DNA of 53,602 nucleotides, filler included, from Sphacelaria rigidula (lineage: Eukaryota), in NCBI GenBank assembly GCA_964200075.2. It is 4 parts of 4 records of this genome, joined end to end, with 100 filler letters (N's around TTAATTAATTAA, not from the genome) between each part and the next. Parts side by side here need not be neighbours in the genome. Positions count along the whole stretch, not along the records: positions 26,854 to 40,178 come from CAXNAA020002962.1; positions 40,279 to 53,602 come from CAXNAA020002963.1; 2 more parts are not named here. One strand, given 5' to 3'. This document shows positions 37,184 to 48,021 of the stretch, piece after piece. How positions within the stretch are numbered: the first letter of the stretch is position 1; each line of letters begins with the position of its first letter. The position numbers and the translations under genes are program-made. Under the pieces are notes generated by a model. That model saw only the letters and a list, made by a program, of their open reading frames with translations. It was not told where the DNA came from and searched no databases.

Positions 37184-39154
37184 CAATCTTTCAATTGGGC
37201 GACATTGGCGCATGATCATATCAGCACCGCACGGCAACAGTCGAGTTCGCACCCGCCAAAATTAGATGTAATTCGCACAGGAGTACCATTCAAACCAACT
37301 TCAGCAATTGCACAAGTGAGAACGACGCCCGCAAGATTTCGGACGAAATGAAGACACGCCAATAACGCGCACAATCGAATAACATTGTTTTCTCTAAATT
37401 TTCTCGTCCTGTGCGTGGGGAAGGCATGTGAGGTGTACAGTCTCTTTGCCTAAAATGATCTGGCCACGCGTAAACTTGCCGATCACGAGGGAATGCCTAG
37501 TGCAAGGGCGAGACCATGTCTGCCGTGTTAGTGTTTAGTGTGCTTACGGAGTATTACAGGCGCCGAAACTTCAACATATAAATAGTTAGTCTTGCTTGGT
37601 GTACGGCAACGTGGGGAAGTTGTAGTCCTCCAACTCGAAGTAGACTCCGATACTGGCGCTGGAAGTTCAAGAGAAACCACTACCGCAAGTGTCCACGTTT
37701 ACGACTACTACCCCATATTCCTGACTGCTTGGCTATTGATCTCAGGTGGCTCCTCTTTGTCAGGCATGCTACCCTCTGAGGGGATGAATGATATGGGGTG
37801 GGAAGGTAACGAAGATGGATGGGCATACCCTCAAACCGACCCAACATTCAAGATGCGACTTGCACACTTTTCCCGACAACAACGGTTCGGTAAAAGACAC
37901 AACGACTGTGATTTGCGGTGCGGTCGCATCAGTTGAGCGTGTGTCGTGTTACAAAATCCAGATAATAAAACGTATTTCGGTCCTTCGCCTGAGCGGGTGG
38001 CCGCACGTAGCCTCAGAATCGTGGTTCGATAGAAATGTGATTTTGAGAGAATCATGACTTGATCATCTAGGTTTCGATATCCAAGGTCAAGAGTTGTGTT
38101 TTTCTTCGTCGTCGTTTCTGGTGAGCGCACGTGGCCTTCGAATTGGTGCTCGATAGAGCTGTGAGTTCGAGAGAATCATGGCGTGATGGTAAAGTTTCCG
38201 AAATCCACGGCTGAGAGAATTGCTTTTCTAGGTCGTTGTTACTCATGGCATAAGCTGTTCGAGATCATATTGGCTCAAGAATAACCGAAAGGAAGGATGC
38301 TATTGAGGCACGTGAGAGCGTGTCCCAGACGAGCACTACGCCGATTTTTTTTCATGTACCAAGTAATCGGAAATGCCTGACTCAGTCGGCAAGGAAACAC
38401 GCATGTTTACCCGGAACACACGTGATCGACAGTCATGAATAATTTCACGTGCCCATCTCTGGACTGGGCACAGCGCCTGCGTTGCAGTCTATACATGGGA
38501 CGAGAAAAAAAGACGGTCGGAACATGAGTCATTTTCGTTTTGAAGCAGATTGTGAATCAATTTTGCTCTTCATCGCAGGGATCGTGTGAACGTGCGGCGA
38601 TCAAGTGCTCATCTCTGGCGAGTCACGGTACACAGTGCGATCTGCAAAACACCAGAAAACTTGGAGGGCGACGTGAACATGTTCAGCTCAACAATTTGAG
38701 TCAGCTTCGCCGTTTCGTGAGTAGTGAAGCTGCACTGACTGTACTTTGCGGGGCTCTTGTGTTGTTCGGGACGATACTGTAGTGTACTGTACTACATATG
38801 TCTCGACATGTTGCCTGCATTGGCTTCACTGAAGCTGCGCAGGTTAAACGCTAGACTTTACTGTCCTGCACTCCGCGCTGCCCGCTCAACTGCTCTCCTG
38901 TACTATTTTGATTGATAACGGGTGAAACTCAAGACTGGTTCATGCAGTAAGGGAGCGCAGACTCTTATTCGGAACCTTTATCCGCCTCTCCAGAAGGTGA
39001 AGCGTGGTAATTCGACGATGCTGTTTACGATGTCGCACCCCCTTCGTGGAGAGCATGTTCATCAACTACTGCTGGTCTGAGTCCAATGATGGTGACGAGC
39101 ACTCGGGGCTCAGTTGCCCCGTTTAATTTTACGGTACAATACTGCGCACCGGCC

Positions 39155-39516
39155 GATCGCCCAGGTGGCTCACTTGATTACCTCGAAGCCTTCGGGCGGT
39201 TGAGTCGTGGATTCAAATCTCGGAGTGACCTGAGATTTTTCTCACACGGTGCCCAACACTGGAAAGCGACTATGTCGTGGACACACGAAATCGACTTAAT
39301 GGTCAACGAGAGAAAGGGACTGCTGAACCCTCCTCGCGATGAAAAATAAGGCAAGCACGACAGAAAGAAGGTGGAGAACTAAAACAAACAAAAAAACTAG
39401 AAATAAAAAACTTGGCTCGGCCTTCCTCCTGCGTGACCCCGGCTGGCGTACCCACATATACCGAAAGGTGTAGACCGGCGTCGAGAATGGATGGGATGAC
39501 AACACACACGACACAC
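39155..39516 (+). mobile_element. tRNA-derived SINE family S1 (CA-rich tail)
   Basis: A-box-like GGTGGCTCACTTG, B-box-like GGATTCAAATC, and a 3' end ...GAAAGGTGTAGAC...GGGATGACAACACAC. Homologs at 8140-8505 (-), 13428-13630 (+, 3' part ending in (CA)n) and 36370-36480 (-, 3' part). Confidence 0.7.
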
Positions 39517-39869
39517 CACGCTGTACAACTTTCCGTAGACTACAGTTCGTTCCGCATTTCCGCCATACTCCTTATATTTCGACAGGGTGGCGCGACAGTA
39601 ACAATATAGTGTGACGCCGTCGGAGTGTCGGGAAAAGTAGTGAAAATTCGAGTGATGGATAGGCTTTAGGATCGCACCTCTGTTCACGTGAAGAAAAACC
39701 TCGAACCCCTGCGGTGAAAACTGTCTTGTCTCATGACATCTTTCATCTTTTTTCTTGCTGTTTCATGCTTGATTTTCTGACGACCCCTTCATGCGGGCTG
39801 CAACGCAGGTGACACGTCTCATATCACGATCTCTTGACCGGGTGACGAAAGTGAAAATAAGTTTCACAA

Positions 39870-40178
39870 CGATTACCGAAGCGAATAGCATTCGGGACCC
39901 TAGTCAGGGGGGAGGATCCAGGACCAGGGTGCCCGGAACAAAACTGGCTGAAGTGCCTGAGAGACAGTCTCCACGCTCTCCGAGCCACAGACGGCTCTAC
40001 GGACGACAACCGCCAGACATTTGGAATTGACCGCGTCCTATGGACCTCAGCAGCAAACAAGGAGGGGGGGTTGTCGTGGCACGCGGGAGTGCTGCAGGGA
40101 GAGGAGAGGTTCATGATCTCATGGCACAGGAATGAAGAGGAGGCCAGCCGACTGCGTGCGATTAGACGAGAGACCAAC
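39870..40178 (+). mobile_element. 5'-truncated non-LTR retrotransposon (RTE-like LINE), C-terminal ORF fragment
   Basis: Stop-free frame RLPKRIAFGTLVRGEDPGPGCPEQNWLKCLRDSL...WTSAANKEGGLSWHAGVLQGEERFMISWHRNEEEASRLR. RLPK..FG.L..G....G.P...W..CL is the typical post-RT C-terminus of RTE-clade LINEs. It runs into the contig end. Confidence 0.75.
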
Positions 40179-40278
40179 NNNNNNNNNNNNNNNNNNNNNN
40201 NNNNNNNNNNNNNNNNNNNNNNTTAATTAATTAANNNNNNNNNNNNNNNNNNNNNNNNNNNNNNNNNNNNNNNNNNNN
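40179..40278. other. Artificial contig linker
   Basis: Identical 100-bp linker. Confidence 0.98.
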
Positions 40279-40599
40279 CCTCCCTCTCGAAAGGGATGCG
40301 TGGTCAATGGTCAAACGACTAAGGCAAGCAACAAATGAGTACGCCCCCCCCCCCCCTCTACCGTAGCATCACTTACTCCCTTCATCAGACGGACCCTGAC
40401 AACGCGCAAGTATACTGCGATGGAGCCCACCATAAGAGGGCCGAGTCTGTATCACCGCAGCCTCGGTCGATGTCGTTTGACGACCCGCTCGAAAGTAGAT
40501 AGAATGTACGCTTGACGGAGCGAGTGGGCTCATAGTATAGGAGATGATGGAGAATGCAGTGGTGGTGTGTTCAAGCGCACACCCATCGTTAAAAAACGT

Positions 40600-41804
40600 T
40601 CGAGGGAAATAAACGTCTGAAAGCCGGGGGAACGTTTCACAGAAATTTCGCGGACGACACAAACTACGCTTCGTAAAGATTTCTCGACGATGGAGGCACC
40701 ACCTGCTTCTAGATGCCGGATCGTGTCCTGTTTGATTATGTTTTTCGCATAGTGGGAGTTTTCATGCTCGTCGACTTCAAATCGCATGATACATATGCGC
40801 TACAGTACATCGTCAATCGCTTACTCCTGAAAATTACGATAACACGCATAGTACGCATTTTCCTTGAAGCAATTTCCTCCGTCAGTCCTGCCCTCTTGGG
40901 GAGGGTGACCCCGGCCGTCGCCCCGTATCAAGAACAGCACATAGCCTTGTGCCTCTTCCCGGCCGAGCCGGCGCGCGTACCGAGCCGGATGCTCATACAT
41001 CCCGAGATATATCTAGTCGATATCTCCGAGCCACGGACTGGGACGTGACAGTCGAGAACTGGCATAAAACCTCTAGGAATCGAGATGGGTGGCGACGACT
41101 TCCGTCACTGGGGTAACCGTCGATACCCTCTCAACAGCAACATCTCTCCAACATTCTCACATACACCGCCTGTGCGAAATGCGTGGTGTTGAATTTCACC
41201 ATGATAATCTTATCGTATACGTCGATCATTTAGCGATCACCGAGAGGACGAGTCGTCTCAAAAGCTTTTTTCGGTGAGGACACGATGACCAACTCGTCCT
41301 TAACCGTGTCGCGTTAGTCTTGTCGGCGAGCGTAGGCAGCTCATTGCTTACCTCCATGTCCACAAAAGATTTTGTACTGGCGTGCATCATCACCGCTTGG
41401 CCCGCACCTGGCCTTTTAGCCAAGGGTTGTTCATGCTCTCTGTTCATAAAATGATGGTAAGCCCTGCCTTCCTCGGCGCTCTGTTGGCGAAAACAGCGCT
41501 GTTTATTCTCCCGACATGGGCTGATGTCACCGCTGAGAACGCGGCAGATTGTTTCGGCTGACTGGCACCTAGATCCCTTTGCCCCACCCGACGGAAGCTG
41601 AGAAATAATTTCGGTAGTCATTGCGGCATCATCCGCCGGTGTTTCCCGACTCCTCCCGTTGATTTGGATGCGCTTAACGTGGCCGAAGAGTGCGACTCGG
41701 CCCAGCTCAATAATCCCGACCGGACCGAGTTCCTCGCCACCATCCTTCGCAATCACCCGGCCCAGGGCGGTACTAGCGTAGCCATCATTCTCCCCGGGGT
41801 TCAT
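40600..41804 (-). pseudogene. Possible decayed D5-like (SF3) primase-helicase fragment
   Basis: Frameshifted pieces give GGVGK (Walker-A-like, ~41641-41657), SNELPTLADKTNA (motif-C-like, ~41330) and then ELVIVSSPKKAF...KFNTTHFAQAVYMRML. Recognised by eye only. Confidence 0.3.
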
Positions 41805-41903
41805 ATTAGAGACGCCTTGCCAGCAGCTTCGTTGATTCTCGCATACCCGATAATATGCATGTTACGTAGGCTGCATTGGTCAGCATGGAGACACCAACAT
41901 TTT

Positions 41904-42441
41904 CAAGGTTGTGTTCTGTAAAGTACGGGTACGTTCTGTAGGGTATGAGATTCCGTACAGAGTTTACAGAACTGTCGGGTACCGGTATGAAAGTATTTCT
42001 GACTTTACAGAACTTGTCGGGTACGGTACAAGAGGCTTACAGAGAACCGGTACCGGCCGTCGGGTAACTCTTTTCGGGTATACCCGCCCCTCGGGTTTGG
42101 GTAAATGTTATGTACAGAACTCACCGAGTTGTCGGGTACCGGTATGAAAGTGTTACAGACTTTACAGAACTTGTCGGATACGGTATGGGAGGCTTACAGA
42201 AAACCGGTACCGGCAATCGGGTAACTCTTTTCGGGTATACCCGCCCTTCGGGTTCGGGTGAATGTATTGTACAGAACTTACAGAACTATCGGGTAAGGGC
42301 ATAAAAGTCTTACAGAGATTACAGAACTGTCGGGTACCGGTGTGAAAGTCTTACAGAAGTCACAGAACTGTCGGGTACGGTACATACCCGGAAAAATACT
42401 CCGGGTACACAGAAAATCGTACCTTACAGAACACAACCTTG
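41904..42441. mobile_element. hAT-type MITE with internal tandem TTACAGAAC/CGGGTA repeats
   Basis: TIR CAAGGTTGTGTTCTGTAA / TTACAGAACACAACCTTG; flanks AACATTTT and AAAATTTT (7/8 match, 8-bp TSD). Confidence 0.8.
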
Positions 42442-44472
42442 AAAATTTTCAGTCGAGGACTCGACTTTTTATGTTATTCCCGACGTTTCTGTTTACCTAG
42501 TGAGGTATATTACATTTTGGCAAGTTTGAACCCGAGCTGGTTGATTTCGTGCGACATTCACTCGTTCGTCAACTCGCGACTGTCCTCTATAACAATTCAG
42601 CAAGTCTAGCTGCAAGCCTGGCTTCTCCTAGAAGGTCGTCCACTCTATATTCACCATCGCCCGATTCGTTTCGGGTAGTTGTGATACGTTTTGGTGAGAG
42701 AAATTTATCCCGGCGGGGTGATAGGTATCCCGACGTTAGCATCAAAGAGCTATGTATGCGCCCTTGGTCACCGCCGTCTATCATCGTGATGAAATATGGG
42801 CGCCATGACAGGAGGAAAGGCGTGAGCGCCGGTTTGCCGTCGTCGTTGTTGCCAACAACGCGGCACTCGCCTCACAATATGTGCACATGACGTTTTGGTG
42901 GCGAGAGAAACTTCTCAGCGCCGTCATCTCGGTGTGTTGAAGCATATTTCAATTCGACCATTCTTCACTATCTCTAAAAAACAAACAACCCCCCCCCCCC
43001 CCCCCTTCCATATGGCCATACGACTAGGTTACAGATTTTTGTTCTTGTGCATGCGGTTTTTGTTGCGTTAACCATGATGGTCGAGCTAGATCATGTTGTG
43101 CGGGGTGGGGGAACCTCAACTCCGCGCAAAGGGTATGGCTATACTACGGAGTGTTTGAATGGTGAGACACCCATGAGGCAGTGCGTAATCCGTGGCTGTA
43201 ACTGGAAGTGTCGATACCAGAAAATGAAGCAAGTCACTGGGAGCTGTCATCCAGATCCAAGATAATCAGTATGCTTCGCGCCGAACAAACCTAGCAGAAT
43301 GCAGCACACCCTTCATGCGACTCGCCGAGCACATCACAACGGTTCGCGCTCGATGATTGATTGAGAGCCTGGTCCGGCGACCACCCTGCGTGCTCCGTCC
43401 CGGCTTCGTAGGGATGCGAGGTCAATGGTCATATGACTACGGCATGCATGATCATGAGTGCTCCCTCCCCCGACCGCTGGAACGTGCACATGAAACTGAA
43501 TACCCAAGCATTTGGGTCACTAAAATACCTTCGCAATCACACCGTGGTCGCCACTACCTCTGCTCTCTAAGACCGCTGCGACCAACCCGCCCACGTACTT
43601 CACAAGACCATCGCGCATTCGAGGCGAGTGCCGTTGGTTGCGGCATTCGTCGGCACCAACAACACGGGTAGGAGTCGCCGCGACAGCGATGTACTCATGC
43701 GAATTGTTCCCTACCGGTAGGGTGCATTTGAATCGCGACCTCTGCAATGTTTTTGGATTCCTCCAAGATGGCGTCCGTGACCAACGACGCAGAAGCTCTG
43801 TCAAAGATCGAAAAACGGGTGGCTGTTGACGGGAAAAGCCTGAAATGAGAAGGGGCGTTTGCTTTTGGCATGATGAACTACCCGTTGCATCAGTACACAC
43901 GAACGGCAAATATAAAAACAAAACGTTCGGGACTTCATAAAGGAACCTTACGATAAAGACAGGGACTAGTCGAAAATGGGGTCCAATATCGCGGTGTAGT
44001 TGATCACGCTTTTTGCATTTCGACATTTTTGTGTCGACAGTTGGAGCGACAAAAGCCCTTTCACATAGTACATTTGTGTTGAAGGAAAACCAGGTGTTGG
44101 GGCAGGGTGCACTGACTTCATTCGATATACGATAGTTTTCAGTGGAAATGGGGGATTTTTGCAATATAATCGTAGTCGGCGACGTTCAAAGGTGTTTTCG
44201 CATGCCATCGTTCATCCCAGTGAACGTTCGGTCTCAAAGTTTAGGGATCGGGAGATACTAGGCATCCGCTCCATATTTCAAAGCAAAATCATCTCCGCAC
44301 TCAACACTGAACGACTCACGGGCTGACCAGTTTTCGGGGATCCTGCGACTACCCAACCCCAGGTTCTGACCCTTGGGCATTTTGCTCGATTGAAGCAATC
44401 CTGAACGTTCTCGTGAACAAACGAAAGTGTGTATTTTTAATTTCTACATACTCATTGCGCTAGACCCGAAAA

Positions 44473-44722
44473 GAGTCATCCTATGATAGGGGGGGGTATT
44501 TGATTGCACAAAAAAAGAGGCTTATAAGTGTGTCAGACGATCTGCCACACTCGCGGTGCGCTTGTCTTTGGTTCAAAACGATGTCAATCGGCATGAATGA
44601 GCGTCACGTATCTTTAACAAGCTCGTTCGAGCAATCGTTGCTGCTTTTTAGAACAATTTGACCTGGAATCTCGTGCAAGAAATGGCCCAAAATACCCCCC
44701 CTCCCCTATCGTAGGATGACTC
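44473..44722. mobile_element. MITE family D (GAG...CTC termini, 4-bp TSD; Sola-like)
   Basis: TIR GAGTCATCCTATGATAGGGGGG / CCCCTATCGTAGGATGACTC; AAAA on both flanks. Confidence 0.8.
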
Positions 44723-46615
44723 AAAAACAGTCTCTTTTTTACCTTCGACGATCGATGACACCCCCTGATAAACGAGGTGCTTACTCCTTATCAACCTGAC
44801 AAAACCGATTGAGGATTGTGTCCTGAGCACGACCTGTTTTTTTTCCTAATTTCTACCGACACTAGGACGTTCGAGTTGTGAGGAAGAATACTATACGAGA
44901 CAACTCAGCAATGTACTCAAGCCAGGAAGTGCCCAGCCGAGCTCTTGATAGCACGGAGGGGGGGCTCATGATCATGCATGCCATAGCCATAAGACCACCA
45001 TTGACCTCGCATCCCTGCGAAGCCGGGACACGCACGCCTAGTTTTTGCCAGACCATACTCGCACTCAATCACCGAGCGCGAACCGCCGTGGTGTGTTCGG
45101 CGAGTCGCATGAAGGGTGAGCTACATCCTGCTAAGTTTGTTCGGCGCGAAGTCTACTGATTATCTTGCATCTGGATGACAGCCTACAATGAGTTGCTTCA
45201 TTTTCTGGTATCGCCACTTCCAGAGACAGCCACGGCTAATGTACTGTCACATGGATGTCTCACCATTTAAACACTACGTAGTACGATCATCCCCCCTGTG
45301 CGGATTTGAGATTCTCCCACGCTGCACAACATGATCTAGCTCGACTACCATCATGGTTACCGCTAAAAAACGCATGCGCGCAATACAAAATCGCTCACCT
45401 GGTTGCCTAGCTTACGCAGTGAGTGACGGGTTTGATATTTATGGCGTCATCGCTAATCGACGCCAACCCCATCGGGGATCCGCCCCTACAAAGCCGGGAC
45501 GGAGCACGCCGGGTTCTCGCCGGACCAGGCTGCAGGGGAGGTTAAACACCCCGATCGCTCTCGTGAATATTTTTTACCGAATTTTGTATTTTTTTCTTTC
45601 TTCTCATTGCGCTACAAGAGAGCCGAAAAGAAACATGATTTGGACCAAAAACGGTCAATAGCACCTCCTTTCAATTCAGCCCGTGAGTCGTTCAATATTG
45701 AGCGCAGGGATGATTTTTGTTTTGGAATTTGGAGCGGATACCTAGTGTCTCAAAATCTTCAAACTTTGGGAGCAAGCGCTCACTGGGATGAGCGGTGGCA
45801 CACGAAAAAACTGATAATGGAAACTGGAGACTACGAGCAAATTATACGAATCCCAGATGTCGAAGACCTGCTGTGTCGATAATGATGCCACTGGAGGAGC
45901 AATGGCAAAGAGGAAGCTCCTCGCCTGAGCCCTTTTGTGTCTTTGTTTAGCGATTTACAATCGGCCGAGAGATTGGCATCAGGTAACTACCACACACCCG
46001 ATTTCCGACCCCTTCCATCGGCACAAAAACGGCAGGCGGTTAGTTGAACAACCCAAAAATGAGATCGGGTTGCCGCGGCTTGACTAACATGTTCGTTTGC
46101 TGTCTGCCGCGCTGACCAGTGACACTTTCTACGATAGCCCCCCCCCCAAAAGTGCCTGGTTTGGGGAGGCAAAATCTTGACGTAAACCGAAATGGAAGAA
46201 GCCGAGCACACCGAGCAGCTGGAAATTCCCACGCGTGGGTTCGTTCTCGCCAATGTCGCCCATACGAGGCGCTTCATACAGCCTGAACCCAGACATCAAG
46301 CGCTGTATGACCATTTTTCTCGTGAAACTTTAGGGCTGTTTTTTTTTTGGGGGGGGAGGGTTATCGTAAAAAGTGTCCAGTGCAAAGATCGATTGCTTGT
46401 GGCCTCTCTTTTTGGACATATCATACTTTTGTGTGCTACAAAACACGTCGTCGAAAAACAGAGTGATGTTCCTGCCGCCGTAATCCCGTTGCCATGTACA
46501 CACGTGCAAACAATGACCATCCCGCGAAGATTCAATCTCATGTGGGGGGTGTCATCATTAACTTTGTCCTACGGCTCGATACAAGGATAGTAGTACACGT
46601 TTGGGTTGAGGGAAT

Positions 46616-47229
46616 CACACGTGCCCATTTGGCTACCCCAAAATTCCTTCAGAGCGGTCAACTTTCGAGCGTCCCTAGGGTTTAAGCGCCTCGAGAGGAA
46701 TTGAACGCCTCCAAAGGGGCAGTTTTTGGTTTCCTCCAGAGGATTTGAATGCCTCCGGAGGCATGTTTTTGCCTCTGGAGAGCCGCCTATCCTTCGGGAG
46801 GCATTTTGCTGTCCCCTAACTTCTCCGGAGGGGTGCGCGGCCCTCCAGAGCGATAGTTTTTTGTTTCCTCTAGAGGGATTGAAGGTCTCTGGAGGCTTGT
46901 TTTGCCTCGGAGGGCTGTGCCTCCCTCCGGAGGCATTTTGGGGGGTAGCCAAATGGCCGCGTGTGAGTAATGCCACGGTAGGGGTACACAAATATTTTCT
47001 GGGGTTAGAATTGTTGGAAGCCCTTTATCTCATCCAAAACACGGCTAATGAACATATGCGAGAGTACGCCAGGATTACTATTCCAATGTGCTGGGGATAT
47101 CCCGAATGAATTTGCAAACGGGGATATCCTGACCCATATTCTTGCGCGTCTAGGATCGTTAGGAGCTCCTGAACCAGACGAAGTTTCGCAAAAAAAAAAA
47201 TGCACCCCTACCGTAGCATTGCTCGTGTG
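46616..47229. mobile_element. TIR element with CAC...GTG ends (CMC/EnSpm-like MITE); right TIR interrupted by a family B MITE
   Basis: CACACGTGCCCATTTGGCTACCCC vs GGGGTAGCCAAATGGCCGCGTGT[MITE]G; AT on both flanks; internal CCTCYRGAGG repeats. Confidence 0.6.
46965..47224. mobile_element. MITE family B copy
   Basis: TIR GAGTAATGCCACGGTAGGGGT / ACCCCTACCGTAGCATTGCTC; GTGT TSD. A more decayed copy lies at about 47700-47930. Confidence 0.82.
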
Positions 47230-48021
47230 ATGTAGTAGAGAACCCATGAGCATGGAGACTTTCTTGACATACCTACTGAGACAAGATACCTCTGGCGGTG
47301 ACTTAGCTGCTGCTAGCGTAGCCCACATGAGGGCTGGCATACTGTAAGCTTTGAGGTGCGGTGTGCTTTCTTTTATGTACAGTCACTACACACACACGGA
47401 GAGGGGTGCTGCCTTTCATGATTTTAATATTTTTCAATCGTCTTTCCTTTTGGCGAGGCCACCACTACTTTTTGCCGAAGACGAGAAGTGGTTCCACCAC
47501 GAGCAAGGGTGTTCTCGTCGTAACGTGTGGGCTAATTGCCGCTCCATTCATGGTCCACACCGTCGAGCGCTGACCAAACTAGTCTTGTCTGTCTGAAAGA
47601 GCTTCCCACGCGGCAACAGTAGCAGCAACAGCAGCAGCAACAGCAACAGTAGGCCAACAGCAAAGCGCTGACGCTGCAGCGGCACCCAACTTGCAGTAGT
47701 ACATTTCTCAGGCTCGAATTGTTACGAGCCCTTAATCTCGTTAGAAAACTACTTATGAAACATGTCAGAGTACCCTACGAACAGGATGCCAATGGGCTAG
47801 GGACATCTTGAATTGATTTCATAATGGGGATGTCCTGACCCATATCTTTGTGTCGCTCCTAATAAATGTAGTAGCCCGTCAATTACTTATATCTGGACCC
47901 CAATGTGCAACTCTTACCGTGGCATGATGTTGGAAAAGATGTCGTTTGGGCCCATTTGAGGGAATCGCTAGAGTTGGCGCGATGGCGGTTAAGCCAAGCA
48001 AGCAGATACGCTGCTTCGGAA

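Noticed and set aside
41930..42400. Regularly repeated TTACAGAACT.GTCGGGTAC units resembling a CRISPR array
   Set aside because: The spacers are themselves repeats, the array is bounded by hAT-type TIRs and a TSD, there are no cas genes, and the context is eukaryotic.
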